A stretch of 64,000 bases of DNA, taken from contig JBDHHA010000036.1 of NCBI GenBank assembly GCA_039589615.1, positions 421 through 64,420 of the forward strand. The letters are read 5' to 3'. Below, piece by piece: positions 52,984 through 61,773 of the stretch. The notes below the pieces were generated by a model, which was not told the origin of the DNA, searched no databases, and worked only from the letters and a program-made list of their open reading frames with translations. This stretch comes from Gemmatimonadota bacterium. GTDB taxonomy: Bacteria > Gemmatimonadota > Gemmatimonadetes > Gemmatimonadales > GWC2-71-9. A program made the position numbers and the translations under genes. Each line of letters starts with the position of its first letter. Position 1 is the first letter of the stretch.

Positions 52984-55900
52984 TTACCGCCTCAGTCGCT
53001 CGAACGCCTCATCCTCAATGGTCCAGGGGAACTTCGGAAACGCTCGCTGCCTGGGCCACAGCTCGTCGAGGGTGTCTCCGTCATACATGACACCATTCTT
53101 GATTACGTACCCGATGGCGTTCGTGTTGCGGATGTCGTCCAACGGATTGGCGTCGAGTACCAGAAGGTCGGCCAACTTGCCAGGTTCGAGTGAGCCCAGG
53201 TCCCCCTCGAAGCCGATGCTCTCGGCTCCGTGGATGGTGACCACCTGGAGCACCTCCATGGGTGTCATCCCGCCGGACGCCAGCATCCAGATCTCCCACT
53301 GCGCACCCATCCCGGCCTGATTGCCGTGTGACCCGAGGCCTGCGCTGCCGCCGGCCCGGACGATATCCCGCACGCCCTGGGCGATGAGGGGGAAGATGTA
53401 ATCCTCGTCCACGATGACTTCTTTCCGTCTCCACTCGGCGTCCAGTGCCTGGTGAGGTGTGAACCTCCGGAGCTTCTCGTCGTCGTGCATGTTCCAATGG
53501 GTTCGCCAGAACCCCTCACCCGCCGGGCCGCCGTAAGCGACGATGAGGGTCGGCGTGTAGGTGACACCCGTCTGTGCGAAGATCTCGATGGCGTCCTTGT
53601 AGAGAGGCACCACGCCGAGGCTGTGCTCGAAGGCGGTGAACCCGTCCAGGGCCATGGTGAAATCGGCCTTGAAGTCCGCAGCGCCCTCGTTGGTGATGTT
53701 GATCTGTTCTTCTTCGGCGGCCATCCGGAGCCACTGGCGCTGGATGCGTCGGGGCTGGAGGTACTGCTTCAGCGAATGGGCCCCCTGGTTGTTGTAGCGC
53801 CGGGCTACGTGAAGGGCATCCTCGTAGCTCCGGATCGGCGTCCCCGTATGGGTGAGGGGGCTGGCCGTTGCGTAGACCCGGGATCCCACCATTTCGCCGG
53901 CCTCGATCAGCTCGGCCCACCAGAACGACCCGCGGCTGCCGCTGGGGTTTCGCGTCGTGGTGACCCCGTAGGCCAGGTGATTGGCAATGTTCCACCCCTC
54001 GTCGGGAACGATGGCGGCGCCGGTACTGGGGTGCGCGTGCACGTCCACGAAGCCCGGGACAATCGTCTTGCCCCGCACATCCACGACGCGGGCGTCACTC
54101 GGCGCGTCCATGCTGGAAGAGGGCCCCACCGCGGCGATGCGGTTGTTCTCGATGAGGATGTCGCCCTCGGGAATCACCTCCTCGCCTCGCATCGTGATGA
54201 TGCGGGCCCCTTCGAGATAGAGCCGCCCCTGGGGAATGTGTCGGGGAACCGTGAGAGCAACCTCGAAGTGCTCCGGTTCCAAATCGCCGACGGAATCGGC
54301 CTGGATGACGGTCTCCAGTGCCGCCCGGTAGTAGTGATTCGTGAAGCTCCACGCGATGGCATTCCCGTCGTCCACCCAGCCAATGGCGTTGGCGCCCTCG
54401 TTGGTGATCTGGGTCAAGGGCACCGCGGGTGACGTGAGGTTGACGGAGATGCCGTCACCCACCTCCGTCAAGCGCATGACGAAGGCGTTGTCCCGGTCGA
54501 GCAGCAGCAACCATTTGCCGTCCGGGGAGGGCCGTGCGACGCTCACACCGATGGCGCCCGCTCCCGTCGTGAGCTTCGCGTGCACGCGCTTGTCGGTGCC
54601 GTCCAGTTTGACCGACACCAGATGCACTGGGGGCGGGGAGGCGAACGCCACGCTCGCCCGCGGGCCCCGCTCGAGATGGTACACGCGCTCCCCATCCCGG
54701 GGAGTGGTGACGACCGTTGCCGAGTTGCCACCGCTGGGGAGGATCTGGTGTGCCTGGCCCCCATCGGCGGAAATCCATGCCAGCTCCGGCGGACCGCACC
54801 CCCGGCACGTCGGTGAGGCGAGACGCCGGCCCTGGTAGACGACCTTCTCGCCGTCGGGCGACCACGTCAGCGAGGAATACTCTCCGCCTCGGGGAGTCAC
54901 GGCGACCGGGTCCCCCCCGCCGGCCGGGGCCTTCACGATCTGCGCGCCGCCGGTGTCGGATCGAGCGATGTACGCGATCCAGCGTCCATCCGGTGAGAAG
55001 GCCGGTGCGTACTCCCGCAGCGGACTGTCGGTGAGACGCCGGGGCGTCCCGCCACCGACCTCCGCGACCCAGACTTTCCCGACCGCCGTGAAGGTGATCC
55101 GCTCACCGTCCGGAGACTCGTTGACCCAGAGGAGCTGGCGCACCGGCAGCGGTCCGTCGTCGATCCGCTCCTGGACCAACAACCGTGGCGCGGCACCGAC
55201 CTCCACCTGGGCGGTGAAGGGGATGACGGAGATCTCCTTGGTCTCGATGTCCACCCGCTTGATCTTCCCGTCGCCGGTGAAAATCACCGACCGAGAGTCG
55301 GGCGTGAACGAGTATGCCGGCAAGATGTCGTTGGGGGCGTAGCCCTCCTGGTCGTCCCGCCGCATGGAGGCGACGAGCCACTCCTCCTGCATCGTGCGCA
55401 GGTCGCGTATCCGGAGAGCGGTCAGGACGTCCCGCCGGGTGGCGTACACCAAGAAGTTCCCGTCCGGCGAGGTGATGGGCCGCAATCCTCCGCCGTAGCC
55501 CGACGTTACGGTCCGCGACTCCCCTGTGGACCGATCCAGCTCGACGACTTGATAGCGATCGACCTCTTCACCGACATATCCGCCGGAGTGGCTGCTGAAG
55601 TACATCAGGTTGCCGTCCGGTGAGAACGCGGCGCCGGTGTTCGTCGTGTTCCCCTCCTTCCGCGGATAGACCTCGAAGCCCTTACCCACATCTACGTGGT
55701 ACATCCAGAGGGGCACGTTGGTCAGATAATTCTCGGGCGTGGGGTAGGGACCGAAGCGGCGCGCGACGAGGTTTTCGCCGTCGGGCGTCCACTCCGGAGA
55801 GCTGAGAGCGAAGTCCGTCTCGCTGGTCACGCGACGGAGCCCGGTTCCGTCCACGTTCATGACCCACAGGTTGTCGCTCCCACTCCGATCCGAAATGAAC

Positions 55901-56214
55901 GCGATCTGGCTCCCGTCGGGGGAGAACACCGGCATGCAGTCCCACGCCGTACCGCTCGTGATTCTTCGAGCCTCCCCCCCATTGATGGCGAGGAGATAGA
56001 GGTCGCCCACGAGGTCGAAGACAATGGACCTGCCGTCGGGCGACACGTCGAGAGATACCCAGGTGCCTTCATCGGTGGTGAACGAAATCGTCCGGGTCGG
56101 TTCGATGGGCAGCACCATCAGGGTGTCTTCTTGGGCGGCCGACGGCGATCCCGTGAGGCCGAGCATGAATGCCACAACGGCGATCGTCACGGCGGGAAGC
56201 ATCTTGTGGCGCAT
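52984..56214 (-). CDS. exported fusion protein: PD40/TolB-like beta-propellers + C-terminal amidohydrolase
   Basis: Signal MLPAVTIAVVAFMLGLTGSPSAAQ. Multiple SPDG repeat units (VSPDGRSIVF, FSPDGSQIAFISDR, FSPDGNLMYF, TSPDGNFLVY, FSPDGRWIAY, WSPDGEKVVY). C-terminal GFVDVHAHPS (HxH) and GSHG are amidohydrolase motifs. Confidence 0.85.
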   Translation of the reverse strand: MRHKMLPAVTIAVVAFMLGLTGSPSAAQEDTLMVLPIEPTRTISFTTDEGTWVSLDVSPDGRSIVFDLVGDLYLLAINGGEARRITSGTAWDCMPVFSPDGSQIAFISDRSGSDNLWVMNVDGTGLRRVTSETDFALSSPEWTPDGENLVARRFGPYPTPENYLTNVPLWMYHVDVGKGFEVYPRKEGNTTNTGAAFSPDGNLMYFSSHSGGYVGEEVDRYQVVELDRSTGESRTVTSGYGGGLRPITSPDGNFLVYATRRDVLTALRIRDLRTMQEEWLVASMRRDDQEGYAPNDILPAYSFTPDSRSVIFTGDGKIKRVDIETKEISVIPFTAQVEVGAAPRLLVQERIDDGPLPVRQLLWVNESPDGERITFTAVGKVWVAEVGGGTPRRLTDSPLREYAPAFSPDGRWIAYIARSDTGGAQIVKAPAGGGDPVAVTPRGGEYSSLTWSPDGEKVVYQGRRLASPTCRGCGPPELAWISADGGQAHQILPSGGNSATVVTTPRDGERVYHLERGPRASVAFASPPPVHLVSVKLDGTDKRVHAKLTTGAGAIGVSVARPSPDGKWLLLLDRDNAFVMRLTEVGDGISVNLTSPAVPLTQITNEGANAIGWVDDGNAIAWSFTNHYYRAALETVIQADSVGDLEPEHFEVALTVPRHIPQGRLYLEGARIITMRGEEVIPEGDILIENNRIAAVGPSSSMDAPSDARVVDVRGKTIVPGFVDVHAHPSTGAAIVPDEGWNIANHLAYGVTTTRNPSGSRGSFWWAELIEAGEMVGSRVYATASPLTHTGTPIRSYEDALHVARRYNNQGAHSLKQYLQPRRIQRQWLRMAAEEEQINITNEGAADFKADFTMALDGFTAFEHSLGVVPLYKDAIEIFAQTGVTYTPTLIVAYGGPAGEGFWRTHWNMHDDEKLRRFTPHQALDAEWRRKEVIVDEDYIFPLIAQGVRDIVRAGGSAGLGSHGNQAGMGAQWEIWMLASGGMTPMEVLQVVTIHGAESIGFEGDLGSLEPGKLADLLVLDANPLDDIRNTNAIGYVIKNGVMYDGDTLDELWPRQRAFPKFPWTIEDEAFERLRR

Positions 56215-56349
56215 CAGAATCTCCGGTTGGCGGAATGGGAAGTGCCGGGCTGAGGCAGCGTATTCTACCGCCCGATCCGGGGGATCGCACGTGGGGGGCC
56301 CGAACTGTTGATGGATGGACGTCGCCTGGCGAACGAGGCGGCCAGGGGT

Positions 56350-56583
56350 CTACCGCCGCCGTCTCGCTTGCCGCTCGACCAGGTCTCCGGGCTCGCAGCC
56401 CAGCACGGCGCTGAGGCGATCCAAGGTTGCCAGGTCCACCCGGGTGGTGAGGTTTCGGCAAATGCGATTGACGGTCACGAAGTGCACACCGGACTGCCTG
56501 GCCAATTCGCTCTGACTCATCTCGTCGTGGGCCAGCCGGTTGTAGATCCGAAGTTCCTCGCCAACACGGAATCCTGTAGCCAT
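56350..56583 (-). CDS. XRE-family helix-turn-helix transcriptional regulator
   Basis: 77 aa. MSQSELARQSGVHFVTVNRICRN...LDRLSAVLGCEPGDLV. Confidence 0.8.
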   Translation of the reverse strand: MATGFRVGEELRIYNRLAHDEMSQSELARQSGVHFVTVNRICRNLTTRVDLATLDRLSAVLGCEPGDLVERQARRRR

Positions 56584-56633
56584 CTCAACCGTCTCAGGTG
56601 CGTATGCAGCCCCAAAATACGCGTCCCAGGATG

Positions 56634-56672
56634 TTAGTGCAACCGCATTAACGAAAGACCATTAGTGCATTA
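56634..56672. promoter_or_regulatory. candidate operator pair upstream of the XRE gene
   Basis: TTAGTGC-AACC-GCATTAA (56634-56651) is an imperfect palindrome. A second TTAGTGCATTA lies at 56662-56672. GCTATA (a minus-strand TATAGC -10-like box) lies at 56675-56680. Confidence 0.4.
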
Positions 56673-56700
56673 CCGCTATACGGGCAAACGCCAAGAAGAG

Positions 56701-56727
56701 CCCCGAGTGTGGCGTTGACGCTCGGGG
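56701..56727 (-). terminator. hairpin terminator after the CAP / beta-barrel gene pair
   Basis: CCCCGAG - 13-nt loop - CTCGGGG, 19 nt beyond the stop at 56746. On the minus strand it is followed by CTCTTCTT. Confidence 0.5.
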
Positions 56728-56745
56728 TCTACCCCTCGGACGAAC

Positions 56746-57372
56746 TCAGCGTTGGATTTCCGGGAACCGCACCGCCAATCCCAAGTGCATCAGGAAACTG
56801 GCCAGGGATTCTGTCTGACCGTCCTCAAACGACATCACCACATCAGTGACCAAACTCATGGGGGGCGCAAGCTCGACGTCCCATCCCATCGAGACGGCGG
56901 CGAGAAAGTTCGTCCCCGTCTCGATGGGAATGGAAATGCCGGGGTCTTCCACGAAGGTGTATTGGGCGAACCCGATATCGAATCCCCCGCGAAACCGCAC
57001 CGGTGTGCCGGGGATCTTGGGGGTCTTGCCACCCATGGCCACCGAGAGGCGCAGCCGCTGCGCCACGCCGACGTGTGTGCCAATCGTCTTCTGCACGAGA
57101 GGAATCTCGGGGGCCAGCGAGAACGAGATGCCACTGTAGAGTCCTCGAGGCCAGAGAATCAGGAACCGACCGGCGATCGCCGGCGACCGCAGGGTTTCCA
57201 CCTTGCGCGTGGTCCCCTCCACATCTCCTTGGTCAAAGATCGTATTGTAGCCGGGCATCAATCCACCGACGGAAGCCTCCGCCTGGAACCTGTAGTCGGG
57301 GAACTGGGCGTCAGCAGCTCCCGGAAGTGCCGTGACGGCGAAGAGTGCAAATGTCACCAGGTGGGTGCGCAT
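56746..57372 (-). CDS. hypothetical exported protein, possible small beta-barrel
   Basis: Only the last 208 codons of the 472-aa ORF look coding. Signal MRTHLVTFALFAVTALPGAADAQ, followed by alternating beta-like segments. Confidence 0.55.
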   Translation of the reverse strand: MRTHLVTFALFAVTALPGAADAQFPDYRFQAEASVGGLMPGYNTIFDQGDVEGTTRKVETLRSPAIAGRFLILWPRGLYSGISFSLAPEIPLVQKTIGTHVGVAQRLRLSVAMGGKTPKIPGTPVRFRGGFDIGFAQYTFVEDPGISIPIETGTNFLAAVSMGWDVELAPPMSLVTDVVMSFEDGQTESLASFLMHLGLAVRFPEIQR

Positions 57373-57437
57373 GGTTTTCCTTGAGACGGTGGTCCGATGC
57401 GTTGAACCGGTATTGTAAGTGGACTTGGTGAGCCAGC

Positions 57438-58085
57438 CTACTCGTTGACCTGCTCGCTGTATCCTCCGGCATAGACTAACACACACATCGTGCCAAAGGT
57501 TGCGTGTTCGCCGCAGGATACGCCCACGACTCGAAACTCCGCGTTGAATATGTTGTTGCGGTGCCCTCGGCTCTCGACCCCGTCGTCGATGATCAACTGT
57601 ATCACCACGTCCCGGGCGTCGTCGGGAGCGTACGATCCAAACGAGATGTTCTCGCCCACCGTCACCTGCCACGTGCCGTAACGACTCACCCGATCCCACG
57701 GGTTGCTGCCGTCTGTGCCGACGTGGTCGGTTCGACCCCGAGGGCCCGAATCCCGGACATGATCGCGAGCGCCCAGTGACATCCCCCGGGAGGCCGTCAT
57801 CGGCGGGACGGGATCCGCCGCTCTGAGGAATGCGATCGCCTCGTCGACCGCCCGCACCCCCTCCTGGGTCCGCAGGGGGATCTCGCCCGGCAACCTGAGG
57901 AGACGGCCGTCGAAAAACCGGCGCAACTCTGCGAGGTGAGCGGCGTACTCCTCCGGGTTCCCGCGCGCCAGGTTGTGCTCGCGGACGATGTCCGCCTCCA
58001 GACGAGATAGGTAATCGGGTCGCTGCGCCACCGCCGAGGGCGGGCACAGGAGGAGGGCACAGGCGACGGCCGGATAGCGCAACAT
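57438..58085 (-). CDS. CAP/SCP (PR-1-like, YkwD-type) domain exported protein
   Basis: Signal, then IVREHNLARGNPEEYA...GHRNNIF...VGVSCG. Confidence 0.85.
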   Translation of the reverse strand: MLRYPAVACALLLCPPSAVAQRPDYLSRLEADIVREHNLARGNPEEYAAHLAELRRFFDGRLLRLPGEIPLRTQEGVRAVDEAIAFLRAADPVPPMTASRGMSLGARDHVRDSGPRGRTDHVGTDGSNPWDRVSRYGTWQVTVGENISFGSYAPDDARDVVIQLIIDDGVESRGHRNNIFNAEFRVVGVSCGEHATFGTMCVLVYAGGYSEQVNE

Positions 58086-58195
58086 GGTCAGTGATACCGG
58101 CGCCGCCGCTGAAGGTTCGCCACCGGTGCGACGAAAAGGTCACCCCCGCGAGATCCGGGCACACACTCCCGACCCCGTCCTGCCATCCTTGCCGC

Positions 58196-59434
58196 GTGGA
58201 GGGAGTCGAGAGGTCACTGGGTACCGCACGGCGCGTGTTGGCTCAGGTGTGGCAGTATGATGATTTCCGGTGGTCGCAGCGACGGGTGGTACTCGGTGCG
58301 CTGCGGGGTAGGGACGTGCTGGCGGTGCTTCCAACAGGGGGCGGGAAGTCCCTCTGCTATCAGGTCCCGGCGCTGGTGCTTCCCGGGACCACCATCGTCG
58401 TTTCCCCGTTGATCTCGCTCATGCAGGATCAAGTCGCAGCGCTGTGCCGGCGCGGTGTGCAGGCGGCCTATCTGAGCAGTGCACAACGGCCACACGAGCA
58501 GAGGGCGGTGTGGGACGCCTACACCGACGGGCGCCTCAAGCTGTTGTACGTGGCGCCGGAGCGTATGGCGCAACTGGCGGAGCGCAAGCCTCAGACGCCG
58601 ACGCCGTTGCTCGCCATCGATGAAGCCCATTGTATCAGCGAGTGGGGGCACGACTTTCGGCCACACTACCGAACGCTTGGGACGCACCGCCAGATGTTGG
58701 GACGCCCCCCGACCATCGCCCTCACCGCCTCGGCCACACCGACGACGCGCACCGACATCCTTCGCCTCCTGCGCATGCGCCGCCCCCTGGTGGCGATCAA
58801 CTCGTTCGACCGGCCCAATCTGCATTTCAGTGTTCGGCGCTCCCGCGATCAAATCAGCCGACTGCGCGAAACGGCCACACTCCTCAAGCGGCAGTCGGAG
58901 ACCGCCATCGTGTACGTGCCCACCCGGAATCGAACGGACGGGGTGGCGGCCGTCCTCCGACGCTGGGGATTTCGCGCTGCTCCCTATCACGCCGGACTGC
59001 CGTCCAAGGAGCGGACGGAGCTCCTCGAGCAATTCCTCGACAACCGGATCCGGGTCATGGTGGCGACGAACGCCTTCGGCATGGGGATCGACAAGCCGGA
59101 CGTGCGGTTGGTGGTCCACTTGGGCATCCCCACGCGGCCGGAAGCGTACTACCAGGAAGCGGGAAGGGCAGGGCGGGACGGCGCCCAATCGTGGTGCCGG
59201 CTCCTCTGGCTCGAGGAAGACTTGCGGTTGGCAACCGCCATGGCCCTGGACACGGGAGACACCAACGTCAGTCGGTCCCGAGATCATCGGCGGGCGCGAC
59301 GGGCCGGGCTCAGGACGATGCGGGAGTACGTGACGAGCAGGAAGTGTCGCAGGCGGATTCTGCTGGGCTACCTCGGCGAAGATGTCTCTCGCTGCGCAGG
59401 TTGTGACCGGTGCGTGGGATGGTTCTCGGTCTGA
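58196..59434 (+). CDS. recQ: RecQ-family DNA helicase, short form ending at the zinc-binding module
   Basis: LPTGGGKSLCYQVPAL (motif I). DEAHCISEWGHDFRP (DEAH). Also contains ATNAFGMGIDKPDVR and QEAGRAGRDG. C-terminal CRRRILLGYLGE...CAGCDRC. The GTG start at 58196 is inferred; the ORF opens at 58091. Confidence 0.85.
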   Translation: MEGVERSLGTARRVLAQVWQYDDFRWSQRRVVLGALRGRDVLAVLPTGGGKSLCYQVPALVLPGTTIVVSPLISLMQDQVAALCRRGVQAAYLSSAQRPHEQRAVWDAYTDGRLKLLYVAPERMAQLAERKPQTPTPLLAIDEAHCISEWGHDFRPHYRTLGTHRQMLGRPPTIALTASATPTTRTDILRLLRMRRPLVAINSFDRPNLHFSVRRSRDQISRLRETATLLKRQSETAIVYVPTRNRTDGVAAVLRRWGFRAAPYHAGLPSKERTELLEQFLDNRIRVMVATNAFGMGIDKPDVRLVVHLGIPTRPEAYYQEAGRAGRDGAQSWCRLLWLEEDLRLATAMALDTGDTNVSRSRDHRRARRAGLRTMREYVTSRKCRRRILLGYLGEDVSRCAGCDRCVGWFSV

Positions 59435-60552
59435 TTGAACCAGATCTCGTTAGTGCCATCGTCGGGTGAGAAGTGGGCGATGATGATATCCGCACGCCCG
59501 TCGTTGTCGAGATCTTGGATGACCGGGTTGTGAATGGCTCCCAGGTTCTCGAGACGGATTTCGCTGTCCACAAACCGGGCCTTGCCGTCATTCAACCAGA
59601 TGACATGTGGCTCTCCGGCGCTCGTGAGGAGGATGTCCACGTCCCCATCTCCGTCGAGGTCGCCAAGGCCCGCCCTGCCCATGGTGACAGGCGTGAGGGT
59701 CTGGTCTGACGCCACGAAGCGACCGGTCCCGTCATTGAGCAGCAGCGTAGTGGGATAGCCAGCCTCTCGCAGGCCGTTGGTGACCACGACATCCAGGTCG
59801 TCATCCCCATCGAGATCCACCAACCGGGCCAACACGCGCTGCACCGTCGTGTCCAAATGGGCCCACCGATCGTGAAACTGTCCGTCGCCGTCGTTCAGAG
59901 CGACTCGAAATCCCACACCCGGAACGCGCATGAACATGTCCGGGTCGCCATCGGAGTCGAGATCTCCCCAGGTCACACTCTCTGGTATGGCATAATCCGC
60001 CTCGGCGAAATGTCCGCGTCCGTCGTTCAAATAGATCTTGTCGCGGCGCGGGTAGTACTGCACATGTGCGTCGAGGTCGCCGTCCGAGTCGAAATCGAAG
60101 AGATCGGCCGTCGTGCCGCTCGCGTAGGTATCCCCAAGATCCTGCCCCGAATCCCGAAACCGCCCGCTGCCATCGTTGAAGTAGATCTTGCTGGGTTTGT
60201 TGTACTCAGTCTCTCCATCGTTCCAGCCGGCGCAAGTCACAAACAGATCCAGGTCGCCGTCGCCGTCCAGGTCGCCAACCCCGACGCCGTGTCCTTGTTG
60301 TGTGAGTTCCTGTCCGGAGTCGATGAAATGCCCCGTGCCGTCATTCATCAACAGTTGGGAATGCTGCAGCCCCATGGTGGCAAACACCGCATCCAGATCG
60401 CCGTCGCCGTCGAAATCGCCCAATCCGATCCGGGGTGTCAGCCTTGCGGTAAAGGTCTGGCTGCTCTTGGTGAACTGGATTGGACCCAGCGGGGGCGTGG
60501 TTGAACAGCCAGTGAGGAGAACCGCCACGAGGGGAACTCGGTATTTGCTCAT
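59368..60552 (-). CDS. FG-GAP/VCBS-repeat lipoprotein
   Basis: Lipobox VAVLLTGCS. Six or more repeats of the GDxDGDGDLD type (GDFDGDGDLDAVF, GDLDGDGDLDLFV, FDFDSDGDLDAHV, GDLDSDGDPDMFM, VDLDGDDDLDVVV, GDLDGDGDVDILL). ATGA overlap with the upstream gene. Confidence 0.8.
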   Translation of the reverse strand: MSKYRVPLVAVLLTGCSTTPPLGPIQFTKSSQTFTARLTPRIGLGDFDGDGDLDAVFATMGLQHSQLLMNDGTGHFIDSGQELTQQGHGVGVGDLDGDGDLDLFVTCAGWNDGETEYNKPSKIYFNDGSGRFRDSGQDLGDTYASGTTADLFDFDSDGDLDAHVQYYPRRDKIYLNDGRGHFAEADYAIPESVTWGDLDSDGDPDMFMRVPGVGFRVALNDGDGQFHDRWAHLDTTVQRVLARLVDLDGDDDLDVVVTNGLREAGYPTTLLLNDGTGRFVASDQTLTPVTMGRAGLGDLDGDGDVDILLTSAGEPHVIWLNDGKARFVDSEIRLENLGAIHNPVIQDLDNDGRADIIIAHFSPDDGTNEIWFNQTENHPTHRSQPAQRETSSPR

Positions 60553-61289
60553 TGCTCGTGACCTCGTGGTGGATCGAACGACACCGTCGTCGGCTCGACG
60601 GTCAGCGCCGCGTCGAGATGCTCGTAGCGCCACACACCGCCGACGGTGGCTCCCCATTGGGGGATGCGGATGCCGCCTTCGTAGGGGCCGAGCGGACCGA
60701 ATACGTGTTCCAGCGTCAGGTCGCCCAGGGTGGTACCCCATTTGACCGGTGCACCCGACACGTTCACCGCAAACCAGCACAGCGTCTCGCCCGTTGCCGC
60801 GTCGATTGCCGTAATCCGTGTGAGCTCGTCTTCGGTGGAATCAACCACCACGCGCGTGGCGGGCGTGGCGGCGGCGAGGCGGTGGAAGATCACGTTGGGC
60901 TCCCGGGTCCAGTAGGCGTGCTCGAAATCGATGCGCTCCCGGTCGAAGTGTTCCAGGGAATCCCCGCGCAGTTCCCAGCCCGCCCCGGTGGTCCAGGCAA
61001 TCACACGGCGGGAGTTACCGGTCGAAATCTCGTACCGACCACGGGGCACCTGGAGGTCGATCCAGAAGGTCTCCTCCCAGATTTGGGCTTCGAGGGCCAT
61101 GTGTCCCCGTAGCTGGATTCGTATCGTCCGCCCCGCCGCCCAAACCTCCTCCCCACCCAGGGTCTCGAGCATGCGCCCGACGGCTGCTCGTGCTTGGGCG
61201 CCGCCCTGGAGCGTCTGGGCTGCGGTAGGGAGCCCCGCACCCAGCGTCACCGTAAACGTCAGCATCCATGCGGCGATCCGGAATGCCAT
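60549..61289 (-). CDS. hypothetical secreted protein
   Basis: GGAGAGG Shine-Dalgarno 5 nt upstream of the ATG at 61289. Signal MAFRIAAWMLTFTVTLGAGLPTAAQ. I recognise no family motif. Confidence 0.6.
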   Translation of the reverse strand: MAFRIAAWMLTFTVTLGAGLPTAAQTLQGGAQARAAVGRMLETLGGEEVWAAGRTIRIQLRGHMALEAQIWEETFWIDLQVPRGRYEISTGNSRRVIAWTTGAGWELRGDSLEHFDRERIDFEHAYWTREPNVIFHRLAAATPATRVVVDSTEDELTRITAIDAATGETLCWFAVNVSGAPVKWGTTLGDLTLEHVFGPLGPYEGGIRIPQWGATVGGVWRYEHLDAALTVEPTTVSFDPPRGHEQ

Positions 61290-61628
61290 GGGACCTCTCC
61301 GATCCGTATATGATGGGTTGCCTGGATTCTCGATACCCGCGAGGGGATCTGACGTGCCGCCAGACCCGGATGGGATGGTTGGGGGGAATTCTTGCCGGTC
61401 TGTAACCTTTTGGCAATTCCCGGCATCTGGCACATGGATCCTGTAGCCGGGTTCTCTCACGCACCTCCTCATGAGGTGCTTGTGCGGCCCGCTCGGGCCG
61501 AACCAAACGGGGAGGGTCAGTCGGCACGCCCGGAGCTCGTTGCCGCCGACGGCGGGGTTGCTTCACGCCCGGCACTACACACAGGATTTGACGTCGGTTT
61601 TGGCCCTCCCTCCGGCTCCCCTCTACAG

Positions 61629-61662
61629 CCTCCGTTCCCTTCCGGTGCGGAGGGTTTTTTTT
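61629..61662 (+). terminator. plus-strand intrinsic terminator with no plus-strand gene upstream
   Basis: CCCT(T)CCG-gtg-CGGAGGG (alternatively CCTCCG...CGGAGG), followed immediately by T8 (61655-61662). Confidence 0.55.
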
Positions 61663-61773
61663 GGCCGGTATCGGCGTGGAATACGGGTCTATTGGGGCAG
61701 CAGCAGCCGGATCGGCAGGTAAATGCGACGTCAGCTCAGGAGATTCCTGCTTGGACCTGGGTGGTGAAGACCC

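Noticed and set aside
57373-58164. Upstream 264 codons of the 472-aa minus-strand ORF 56746-58164.
   Set aside because: It overlaps the well-supported CAP-domain gene in another frame and is Arg/Gly/Pro-rich. A proper signal peptide starts at the internal ATG at 57372.
61411-61426. Sigma-54-like promoter TGGCAATTCCCGGCAT upstream of the candidate sRNA.
   Set aside because: The GG-to-GC spacing is one nt shorter than in the TGGCAC-N5-TTGC consensus, which is normally invariant. No enhancer-binding protein gene lies nearby.
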